A DNA stretch of 41,171 nt from a virus (Duplodnaviria; Heunggongvirae; Uroviricota; Caudoviricetes). Each line of letters begins with the position of its first letter. Position 1 is the stretch's first letter. Positions 1-6,871 of this stretch are shown in pieces. The DNA lies in IMG/VR virus record IMGVR_UViG_2778261424_000010, positions 1-41,171 of that record. The stretch is one strand, 5' to 3'. Both the position numbers and the translations under genes were made by a program. The notes under the pieces were generated by a model. The model was not told the origin of the DNA. It searched no databases and saw only the letters and a program-made list of their open reading frames with translations.

Positions 1-1194
1 ATGATCACCGACACAAAGCTCAGGAAGGCGCTCGGCAAGAAAAGAGATGATATCGAGATTATTTCTGATTCGCACGGGCTCAACGCCAGAATCAGCCAGG
101 CCGGAAAAATATCATTTTTCTATCGGTATCGCTGGGCCGGTAAAGCGGTAAAACTCAATGTTGGTGATTATCCTGCAATGAGTATCACCCAGGCAAGAGA
201 GCGTCGCCAACAATTCAGAAACTGGTTAACTGAGGGACTGGATCCGCGAGAGCAGGTGAAGCTGGATAAGCAGACCCGACAGGAAGCGATGTCCGTTGCC
301 GAAGCGTTCAATTACTGGATTGAAAGGCACTGTATCGCTAACGGGCTAGTTAAAGTCGATTACTATCGCCAGGTGTTTGAGAAACATATCGCCGAACCGA
401 TGAAGAATGTCAAAGTCGATAACACAGCGAAAATGCACTGGATCAACGTCTTCGATTCTATAGAAAGCAGGGTGATGGCTCATTACATGCTTTCGCTGTG
501 CAAACGGGCGTTTAGGTTCTGCGTTAACAGAAGTGTGATCGCCTCAAACCCACTCGAGGGATTACTGCCATCTGATGTCGGGCAAAAGCCTAAAAAGAGA
601 ACTCGCAGGATGGACGATGACGATCTGCGCAAAATCTATCAGTGGTTGAAAAGCCATATGTCGATAGAGTCCGTTTTCCTGGTGAAATTTATTATGCTTA
701 CCGGATGCCGTACGGCTGAGATTCGACTTAGTGAGAGATCATGGTTTCGATTGGATGATAATGAGTGGGTCGTGCCTGCGGGCAGTTATAAAACTCGGGT
801 ACATATTAGAAGGGGACTCTCAGACGCCGCCGTTAACCTGGTCAGAAATCACCTCAAGAAAATAAACACCAATCACCTGGTGACTTCACAACGTAAAATT
901 GATGGCGGGATCAAAGATTCGCCCGTTCATTCACCTGTGGCATCCAATTACGCCCGTTCTATTTGGAATGGAACAGGTATGGCAGAGTGGTCGCTTCATG
1001 ATATGAGGCGGACGATAGCCACAAATCTCTCTGAGTTAGGTTGCCCGCCGCACGTAATTGAAAAGCTGCTCGGGCATCAGATGGTGGGGGTTATGGCGCA
1101 TTACAACCTTCATGACTATATCGATGATCAGAAACACTGGCTCCGCGTTTGGCAGAGCCATCTTGAAGAGATCATCGGAGAGCCCTTCAGTTAA
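1..1194 (+). CDS. int: Tyrosine recombinase / phage integrase (P4-type family)
   Basis: 397-aa ORF. The N-terminal segment [23 protein letters not shown] is typical of P4-like integrases. C-terminal catalytic residues are in TGCRTAEIR ... HDMRRT ... LLGH ... AHY. It sits at the prophage edge. Confidence 0.9.
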
Positions 1195-1388
1195 TTTATC
1201 TTCTTTTTATCCTCCCACTCTTTGATTGACTCAGAGCGCCAGCGGTTAGGGTTGCCGGGCCAGTCAGGGGGTGGGAACGGGCATACGAAGCCCCGAGGCA
1301 TTGTGTCTGCACTTTGCCATGACCAAAGGGTTTTGCGTGAAATTTTGTAGCGACTGGTCAGGTCTGACGTTACCAAAATATCATCCAT
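1191..1388 (-). CDS. AlpA/Xis-like excisionase or small DNA-binding protein
   Basis: 65 aa from the ATG at 1388, preceded by GGAGAGAGCT. The motif SRKTLWSW...W-x-x-x-x-IKEWE fits AlpA-type winged-helix proteins. The track's longer form starts at a TTG. It converges on int, and the two stop codons overlap (TTAA at 1191-1194). Confidence 0.6.
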
Positions 1389-1429
1389 AGCTCTCTCCAG
1401 TTGCCCGTTCGGGCCATTCAAAATCTTTT

Positions 1430-1672
1430 TCAACCAACCTGCCCGGGCAGGGAGCGGAGACGGCGCATGCCGGTCATCGCTGTGGCCACGTAGCTCGCCT
1501 TTCGGTTCACCACCTCCACCCAGACTTTCACGCCTTCAACCTTCACCGTATAAGTCTCTTTCATCTTGCTTCGCCCATAGTCGCCATATGTTTGCAAGTG
1601 AGCCGCCAGCGCAACATCGCAAGCGCGGCGACCAATAGGTGATTGCTTACTGCGATTAATCAGCTTCATCAT
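1430..1672 (-). CDS. Hypothetical early-left protein
   Basis: ORF of about 80 aa, co-oriented with the PL operon, with tandem start codons (GTG ATG ATG). I recognise no family. Confidence 0.4.
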   Translation of the reverse strand: MMKLINRSKQSPIGRRACDVALAAHLQTYGDYGRSKMKETYTVKVEGVKVWVEVVNRKASYVATAMTGMRRLRSLPGQVG

Positions 1673-1777
1673 CACTGCACTCCCAAAGTGGCTACGACAT
1701 CACTCGCTGTTTCGCGGGTACTGCCTTTGCTGGATATAGCCCGGTGCGCCCTGGCCTGCGGTAAAATGGTGTGCGTT

Positions 1778-2395
1778 TCATGCTGCACGCTCTGTGATTT
1801 TCTGAATTTCCGATTCCAGATCTGCAAGGAAGCTCTTAACCTCAGATTCGATTTCGCGCGCCAGCTCTTCATCGAAATGAATCCGCTTCTTGAAATAGGC
1901 GAGGTCAGGCGGCAGGCGATCATCGAAACTAACGAAATCACACCATTTCCGCCCGGTGCACATCATCTGTGCATGCATTTGCAGCATGTACTGGCGCTTT
2001 GGCTCACCAGTTTTCAGCGTTTCAAGATGGGTCCAGGTGTTGGGGCATTTGATTTCGATAAGCCCGTCGTCGTTGACAAGTCCGTCCGGGCTGGCTGCGA
2101 ATCCGGGTATGGTTGGGTGATCGATGAGCCCAACTTCAGTGATTGCCGCATTGAACTCATTCAGCGCGTACATTTCGCGTGCCACTGGCTCAAGTTCAGT
2201 GCCGCGCATCATCGCGGCATTCGAAAACCCTTCCTCCAGCTTCCCGGTCAGCCGTTGGCAAATCAGCTCGGCCATGTAGTTCTGGCGGCTGGTGGAGTAG
2301 CCCGACTTAGTCCGGGCCATGACATCAGCCAGGCGACTGGCTGTGACCTTGCCGCAGCGCGCAGCAAACCATTCAGGGGTGCGTTGCTCTATCAT
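1778..2395 (-). CDS. YqaJ-type viral recombinase exonuclease (PD-(D/E)XK)
   Basis: 205 aa. The N-terminus MIEQRTPEWFAARCGKVTASR and the core SPDGLV...GLIEIKCP are characteristic of YqaJ/lambda-Exo-like nucleases. Its start overlaps the bet stop by 4 nt. Confidence 0.85.
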   Translation of the reverse strand: MIEQRTPEWFAARCGKVTASRLADVMARTKSGYSTSRQNYMAELICQRLTGKLEEGFSNAAMMRGTELEPVAREMYALNEFNAAITEVGLIDHPTIPGFAASPDGLVNDDGLIEIKCPNTWTHLETLKTGEPKRQYMLQMHAQMMCTGRKWCDFVSFDDRLPPDLAYFKKRIHFDEELAREIESEVKSFLADLESEIQKITERAA

Positions 2396-3138
2396 TCAGC
2401 CTCCGTCTCTGCGACATTGACAGGTTCGGCGTTGTCGACAGCAAGACTCATGTCATACATGCGTCGTTTCTCAACTGCGCCGATCACCTGTTTCTCTTCG
2501 GCGCTCAGCGCCACCCAGAACTCCTGATACTTAACGGTTCCAAGGCGCGCGGCGGACTCACCTTTTGCGATCAGTTCCGGGCGGCGGCTATCTGATTCAT
2601 GGCCCGCATGAACCTCTGCCGTTGTTCCTTCAATTACTCGCTCTGCCTCGTCCTGGTCGAAGATGCCAGCGAAACCAAAGGCCAGACGCGCGCACTGGAT
2701 CAGCGTCTTGTGGCGAAGCATGCGGGTAGGGTGGGACTGCCATGGCTGAGTGTTGCGTTTGCACTCTCCCATGTACTCGGTGACGATGGTCGGGTGCTTA
2801 CGGTCTTTGCGGTAAATCTTGCAGGTACACGCGCCTTCCTCCTTGTCGTAAGAGAATTCCATGCCGTCAAACTGAGGATGTTCGTTGATAATGCGAGCCC
2901 ATCCATCAACGCCGACGACCGGGACAATCCCGCCTTTATCTGGAAAGGCATAAATCTCTTTGGTCCATGGGTTCAGGCCGTACTGGTTGGCGACGATTAG
3001 CAGGGCTGTAAATTGCTCGTCCGTGACGTTGCCACCTTTGAACGCTGTATTCTTCAGCGTATTCATCAGGTCTGTACCGGCATCCATGCCGAGGCGTGCG
3101 GCCAGTTTCCCGGCCATGGTGGAAAGTGCAGTACTCAT
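2392..3138 (-). CDS. bet: Bet (Red-beta) single-strand annealing protein
   Basis: From the ATG at 3138 the protein begins MSTALSTMAGKLAARLGMD...LLIVANQYGLNPWTKEIYAFPDKGGIVPVVGVDGWARIINE. This is near-colinear with lambda Bet as I remember it. The track's extra 5 codons start at a TTG. Confidence 0.9.
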   Translation of the reverse strand: MSTALSTMAGKLAARLGMDAGTDLMNTLKNTAFKGGNVTDEQFTALLIVANQYGLNPWTKEIYAFPDKGGIVPVVGVDGWARIINEHPQFDGMEFSYDKEEGACTCKIYRKDRKHPTIVTEYMGECKRNTQPWQSHPTRMLRHKTLIQCARLAFGFAGIFDQDEAERVIEGTTAEVHAGHESDSRRPELIAKGESAARLGTVKYQEFWVALSAEEKQVIGAVEKRRMYDMSLAVDNAEPVNVAETEAE

Positions 3139-3156
3139 TGTTAAATCCCTCAAAAA

Positions 3157-3441
3157 TTAAAACGGGCAGCCGGTACGGTGTTCCCAGTCGTATTCCGCCT
3201 GGGCGTAAGCAACTACCGAAATGAAATCGTTGTAGGCCTCGCCAGCTTTATCGCTGCGAAGCCCTTCGTATGGGCTGGAGTCTATCGGGATCGTGAAGTG
3301 GAAGAGGCCGGACGGCTCTTTAGGCATCATGTCGATGATTTTCTGCGCCCGGTCGTCGATCCACTTCTCTTTCTCGTCGGTGATCTGCTGCTCAGCCCAG
3401 CGCCGATCTTCGATGCGGTCGTAAGTGAGGTATGCGTTCAT
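3157..3441 (-). CDS. Gam-like protein (possible RecBCD inhibitor), divergent C-terminus
   Basis: 94 aa in the lambda gam position, immediately upstream of bet. The N-terminus MNAYLTYDRIEDRRWAEQQ resembles lambda GamS [21 protein letters not shown]. The rest is not recognisably similar. The SD GAGG lies 6 nt upstream. Confidence 0.45.
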   Translation of the reverse strand: MNAYLTYDRIEDRRWAEQQITDEKEKWIDDRAQKIIDMMPKEPSGLFHFTIPIDSSPYEGLRSDKAGEAYNDFISVVAYAQAEYDWEHRTGCPF

Positions 3442-3448
3442 GGTTGCC

Positions 3449-4420
3449 TCAGTAATGAATTTTCGCGCAGGGGATCAGGTCATCTTTCAGAGCGGTAAGC
3501 ACTTCGATAGCCTGCTCGCGGGTTAAGCTGGTTTGGCTGGTGAGCGCGTTAACGATGTTGGTGCCGACCGTCTTGCGGTGCTTAACGTCAGCTTCACGCT
3601 TTGCCTGCTCATCGGCGAGGCGCTTCTCTTCGGCCAGGCGGGCATCTTCGGCCTGTTTGGCCTTCAGGCGCTCGGCTTCAACCGCCGCGGCTTTTTCGCG
3701 TTCCGCCCTGGCTTCCGCTTCCTGCTTCTCGCGATCTGCACGCTGTTCCGCTTCGACGCGCTGGCGCTCCGCCAGTTCAGCGCGGGCTTTCTCTTCGGCT
3801 TCACGGCGCGCTGCGGCTTCAATCTCCGCTTTGTGCTTCGCTTCGGCATCGCGGCGGGCTTGTTCTGCCGCTTCCTGTTTCAGCCGCTCATCACGTTCAC
3901 GCTGAGCCTGTTCCGCCAGACGGCGCTGCTCTTCGCGGTCACGGTCAAAATCCTTGTTCATCAGTAGAGCCATTTCGTGGTCCGCTTCGAACTTGGCAGC
4001 CAGCTCCTGATCGAACCTGATGTTCATCTCCAGCGCTTCGGCGTGCATCGCGTTCATGGCTTCTTCAGCCTTAATGCGTTCCTGCTCGGCTTCCCATTCG
4101 GTGAGTGGGCGGCGGGTCGCATCGCGCAGCTCGTCGCAGGCATCAACGAATCGCTTAATTTCGGCCTCAGCCGGACGCACAGCCTCTTTCAGGCGCTTCA
4201 GGTACTCACGGCCCGGCTTTTCGATTGCCGTCTTGCTGCGGGACACCTGCGCTGCCAGAGAGGCAACACGGTCACGGCCTTTCTTCGTGGACAGGTCCGG
4301 CACTTCGTTTACAGCCTGGCGGATTTGCTCAAGGTACGCGTCAAGGCCGCCCGCTACGTAAAGCACTGGGGCCTGTTCCGGCTTGATTTCGATGACAGTT
4401 AAGTCCGTTACTTCGCTCAT
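3449..4420 (-). CDS. DUF1351-like phage protein with a long E/A/R/K-rich coiled-coil
   Basis: 323 aa with an AGGAG SD. The N-terminal third resembles DUF1351 proteins that accompany phage recombinases. Residues about 150-280 are almost pure E/A/R/K/Q repeats. Confidence 0.6.
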   Translation of the reverse strand: MSEVTDLTVIEIKPEQAPVLYVAGGLDAYLEQIRQAVNEVPDLSTKKGRDRVASLAAQVSRSKTAIEKPGREYLKRLKEAVRPAEAEIKRFVDACDELRDATRRPLTEWEAEQERIKAEEAMNAMHAEALEMNIRFDQELAAKFEADHEMALLMNKDFDRDREEQRRLAEQAQRERDERLKQEAAEQARRDAEAKHKAEIEAAARREAEEKARAELAERQRVEAEQRADREKQEAEARAEREKAAAVEAERLKAKQAEDARLAEEKRLADEQAKREADVKHRKTVGTNIVNALTSQTSLTREQAIEVLTALKDDLIPCAKIHY

Positions 4421-4490
4421 GGTTTCTCCTGAAATTTGGATGTGCAGATCCCGCCCGCGTAATGCCAGGCCGATCGGTTGAATAGGGTGG

Positions 4491-4688
4491 TTACTGCTGC
4501 GCGATGGATTTCGCCGGGAACTCGCCGTTGCGGATGATGCTTTCTACCGGCCAGCACTCAGCTGACACTTTCTGCTCTGTAGCTGCCAGGCTGCATTCCT
4601 GCTGGCTGTCGTAAACGCCGAGAATGACATCCTGATAATCACCGTTGGTCATTGCCACGGTCAGGACGAGTGCGAATAAAGTTTCCAT
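4491..4688 (-). CDS. Small hydrophobic-N-terminus protein (DUF1482-like)
   Basis: 65 aa from the internal ATG at 4688 (METLFALVLTVAMTNGDYQDV...). Its start shares one nucleotide with the stop of the upstream mini-gene. Confidence 0.5.
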   Translation of the reverse strand: METLFALVLTVAMTNGDYQDVILGVYDSQQECSLAATEQKVSAECWPVESIIRNGEFPAKSIAQQ

Positions 4689-4816
4689 CAGTGAAGAGTC
4701 CTCCCGATGGCGACGGCGTAAAGGCGTTTTGCTTCTTCCCACGCCGGAGCATTGCGATGGAGCACCGCGAACGACGCGAGCCGTTGGGCCTCTCTGATCT
4801 GCTGCTGGTTTACCAT
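4688..4816 (-). CDS. 42-aa hypothetical early-left protein (not in the ORF track)
   Basis: ATG at 4816 preceded by AGAGGAAATC. Translation: MVNQQQIREAQRLASFAVLHRNAPAWEEAKRLYAVAIGRTLH. The stop is coupled to the next start (TGATG). Confidence 0.35.
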   Translation of the reverse strand: MVNQQQIREAQRLASFAVLHRNAPAWEEAKRLYAVAIGRTLH

Positions 4817-4956
4817 GATTTCCTCTTGGCCTTATCGCGGCGAACGGAACGGTTAATACAAGACTTCAACGCATTTATTCAGTGTTTCAATGGGCGGTGG
4901 ATGGCCGCCGGTTGTCATAAATGGGCAGACTCGAAAATCTGCCTATGTATGGCCGA

Positions 4957-4978
4957 TAAAAAACCCGCCGGAGCGGGT
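4957..4978 (-). terminator. Rho-independent terminator directly after the 222-aa gene
   Basis: On the minus strand the hairpin ACCCGC-TCCG-GCGGGT (4978-4963) is followed by TTTTTTAT. It begins immediately after the TGA at 4978-4980. Confidence 0.7.
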
Positions 4979-5646
4979 CATTCATTCTTTGGTATGCCGC
5001 AAAGGGCGTTTAGCGTTTCAACGGGAATGGCAAGTGCGGTGCTGGTCGCTTCACGGCGTTCCACCTCAGGCAAATATGGCACTGCCTCAGGCCACATCTC
5101 AGCCAGTTTTTTAACAGTTGAGACTTTGGTTAGAGCACCTTTAACCTGCAATTGGAAGGCATCAACTTCATCGTAAAGAACGTTGATGGTTACCGTCGAT
5201 TCAGTGAGTCGGTCGTGTAATTTTCCAACTTTCTTCAGCGTGCTGTAACTTTCAGGAACGAAACCCGAATCAATTACAGGCGCGAAGGAAGCTCCGAAGA
5301 ACAGGTCGCTTTCAAGATCGTGCTTACCAATATGTTTTCCACGGTGGCGATAGCGATGATCCAAACCGTTCCTGGCTAATTCGTGATACTCACCATTAAT
5401 AATGACCTTTAAAATTGCAGTTTTAGCGCCGACCTTCATCTTGATGAAGGAGTTATCTTTGAAATCTTCCCGAGCCTTAGTTATTTGCTCATCGCTAGTG
5501 TTTTCCTGCTTGAGCAATGCCTGTCGAATTTCTTCAACAATTTTCGCCCTCTCATTAACCGCAGCTTTCGCTTTCTCAAACAATGGGGATGCGAGAAGCA
5601 GGTTATGGCATAGCTGATTTTTAATTTCGTTGTTAAGACGAATCAT
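4978..5646 (-). CDS. Orphan 222-aa protein, first cistron of the PL operon; function unknown
   Basis: Clean ORF with SD AGAGGG upstream of the ATG at 5646. GC content is lower than in the neighbours. Helical N-terminal third, mixed remainder, no TM segment. I cannot assign a family from sequence alone. Confidence 0.8.
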   Translation of the reverse strand: MIRLNNEIKNQLCHNLLLASPLFEKAKAAVNERAKIVEEIRQALLKQENTSDEQITKAREDFKDNSFIKMKVGAKTAILKVIINGEYHELARNGLDHRYRHRGKHIGKHDLESDLFFGASFAPVIDSGFVPESYSTLKKVGKLHDRLTESTVTINVLYDEVDAFQLQVKGALTKVSTVKKLAEMWPEAVPYLPEVERREATSTALAIPVETLNALCGIPKNE

Positions 5647-5692
5647 TGACTTACCCTCTGTCGTTACCCGCTGATGCGGGAGAAATGCTTTG

Positions 5693-5762
5693 TGGTGGAG
5701 TGCTACGGATTCGAACCGAAGTTTTCATGGGTGATCAGTCCATGCAGGCCCAGCCACACCCC
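5693..5762 (-). ncRNA. tRNA-like element (degenerate cloverleaf with encoded CCA) inside the PL leader
   Basis: Minus strand: GGGGUGU GGCUGGGCCUG CAUGG ACUGAUCAC CCAUG AAAAC UUCGG UUCGAAU CCGUA GCACUCC A CCA. It has a 7-bp acceptor stem (two G-U pairs) and a 5-bp anticodon-like stem with a 9-nt loop. The variable region is 5 nt. The T-arm has the canonical UUCGAAU loop and one U-U mismatch. The D-arm is reduced to an 11-nt stretch. Confidence 0.45.
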
Positions 5763-5917
5763 ATTACAAAACATTCCAGTTACGCACCATTGCCGCTCTC
5801 CCTGAGCCCGCCGGGCGTCCGACGCATGGTTTACTGTCGCGCCGTTCGACTGACCGAATCTCCACTTCGCCGCTGGCTAACTTCGCTCAGCTGTCGATGT
5901 TTCGTTTCGATGGGGTA

Positions 5918-5946
5918 AATTTAGCGTGATGCTAAATTATGCGCAA
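5918..5946 (-). promoter_or_regulatory. Candidate PL promoter
   Basis: Minus strand: TTGCGC (5946-5941), a 17-nt spacer, then TAAATT (5923-5918). Operator copies overlap it. It faces the leader and the 222-aa gene. Confidence 0.45.
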
Positions 5947-5994
5947 TAGCAAAATGCTAAATTGTTGAATGGTTTTATTTAGCGTATTGATTAA
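5920..5994. promoter_or_regulatory. OL operator cluster (three 17-bp sites)
   Basis: TTTAGCGTGATGCTAAA (5920-5936, perfect arms), AATAGCAAAATGCTAAA (5945-5961) and TTTAGCGTATTGATTAA (5978-5994). The same TTTAGC-N5-GCTAAA motif occurs at OR. Confidence 0.7.
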
Positions 5995-6033
5995 TAAGCG
6001 ATTAAAAATTTACAGCGAAGGAATTCGGGACGT

Positions 6034-6058
6034 AAAAAAGCCCGCGCGATGGCGGGCT
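6034..6058 (-). terminator. Rho-independent terminator downstream of cI
   Basis: On the minus strand the hairpin AGCCCGC-CATCGC-GCGGGCT is followed by TTTTTT. It lies 20 nt after the cI stop. Confidence 0.75.
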
Positions 6059-6077
6059 TGAGGGGTTTTGCGTGAGG

Positions 6078-6755
6078 TTATGGGATGTTTAGTATTTTGG
6101 CATCAACCACAACGCCGATGATTTTGCAGTTTCCATTAATTTCTAGCATTGGATATGCGGGGTTAAGGGGCTTTAGGAAGCGTCTGCCGGCATCGATTAC
6201 AAGCTTCTTAAAGGTCGCTTCGTTATCGCCTTCTAGCTTCGCGACAACCAGCTTTCCGTTGCGCGGCTCGACTTCAGGATCAACAAGTATCGCTGCTCCC
6301 TCGGGTATGCTCAGTCCAGCCGGGGAGGTCATAGAATCCCCTTTAACGTCCAGCCAGAATGAATCTTCTGAGCAGTCAACAGTCGTGTCATACCAGCGAT
6401 CTATCGCTCTTCGGTGATAAGGTTCTACAGCTTCCATCCATTGCCCCGCGCTTACCCAGCTGATTACAGGATAACTTCCTTTTGTCTCGTTCAGTCCTCG
6501 AAATGCAACGTTCGAAGGTTCTTCACTGGCGTGTAAAACATCCATCCAGCCAAAAGGCAGATCAAGCGCAGTTTCAATTTTGCGAGCCATCTTATCGCCG
6601 ATATTGCGATGAGGGTTTGGTCCCAGTAGCTGGCTAAGCGCAGCCGGACTTGTCTCGATGAGCTCGGCAAACTGCGCTTTGGTCATTCCAGACTCGTGCT
6701 GACGCTTCTCGTACAGCGCTTCCAGGTTGGCTTTTCTGATTTCTTTATTTTCCAT
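6078..6755 (-). CDS. cI: cI-type prophage repressor (HTH plus S24/LexA-like autopeptidase)
   Basis: 225 aa from the ATG at 6755. The C-terminal half is colinear with lambda cI. It has the candidate Ala-Gly cleavage site in VSAGQW, the Ser nucleophile in KGDSM, and the Lys in ATFKKL. Confidence 0.9.
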   Translation of the reverse strand: MENKEIRKANLEALYEKRQHESGMTKAQFAELIETSPAALSQLLGPNPHRNIGDKMARKIETALDLPFGWMDVLHASEEPSNVAFRGLNETKGSYPVISWVSAGQWMEAVEPYHRRAIDRWYDTTVDCSEDSFWLDVKGDSMTSPAGLSIPEGAAILVDPEVEPRNGKLVVAKLEGDNEATFKKLVIDAGRRFLKPLNPAYPMLEINGNCKIIGVVVDAKILNIP

Positions 6756-6773
6756 ACCTGCATTGTTACTGCT

Positions 6774-6839
6774 TTTAGCAAAATGATAAATGTGCAAATT
6801 GCTAAATGATGCTTGCGTAGTATTTAGCATAACGCTAAA
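6774..6839. promoter_or_regulatory. OR operator cluster
   Basis: TTTAGCAAAATGATAAA (6774-6790), a weaker ATGTGCAAATTGCTAAA (6790-6806) and TTTAGCATAACGCTAAA (6823-6839), all between divergent cI and cro. Confidence 0.7.
6799..6826 (+). promoter_or_regulatory. Candidate PR promoter
   Basis: TTGCTA (6799-6804), a 16-nt spacer, then TATTTA (6821-6826). The -10 hexamer overlaps the operator at 6823-6839. The cro SD GGAGA lies 7 nt before the ATG. Confidence 0.55.
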
Positions 6840-6871
6840 CTCCAAATCAAACGACTCACCCGGAGACACCA

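Noticed and set aside
1643-2527. 294-aa plus-strand ORF
   Set aside because: It is antisense to the well-supported YqaJ exonuclease and the bet 3' end. It has no SD and a low-complexity composition, so it is an open-frame artefact of GC-rich coding DNA.
3533-4402. Cluster of plus-strand ORFs (144, 121, 139, 141 and 113 aa)
   Set aside because: They are mirror-image frames of the E/A/R/K repeat gene. The repetitive GC-rich codons leave the antisense frames open, and the products are Ala/Arg/Ser/Leu low-complexity strings.
5693-5762. Calling the element a functional tRNA-Ile (GAU) gene
   Set aside because: The D-arm is missing, the anticodon loop has 9 nt, position 37 would be C, and the T-stem has a U-U mismatch. 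It is safer to call it tRNA-like until covariance models and expression data say otherwise. An attP remnant also seems unlikely because it lies 4.5 kb from int.
5864-5890. The twin GCGAAGU hairpin motifs as lambda-type boxB/nutL
   Set aside because: No boxA-like sequence is nearby, no N-like Arg-rich protein is encoded, and the loops do not match the lambda, P22 or phi21 boxB loops as I remember them. They are reported only as part of the structured leader.
5646-5918. 90-aa plus-strand ORF covering the PL leader
   Set aside because: It has no SD and runs antisense to the early-left transcription unit. It exactly overlies the structured, tRNA-like region, and its composition looks like translated structured RNA. 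I treat it as non-coding.
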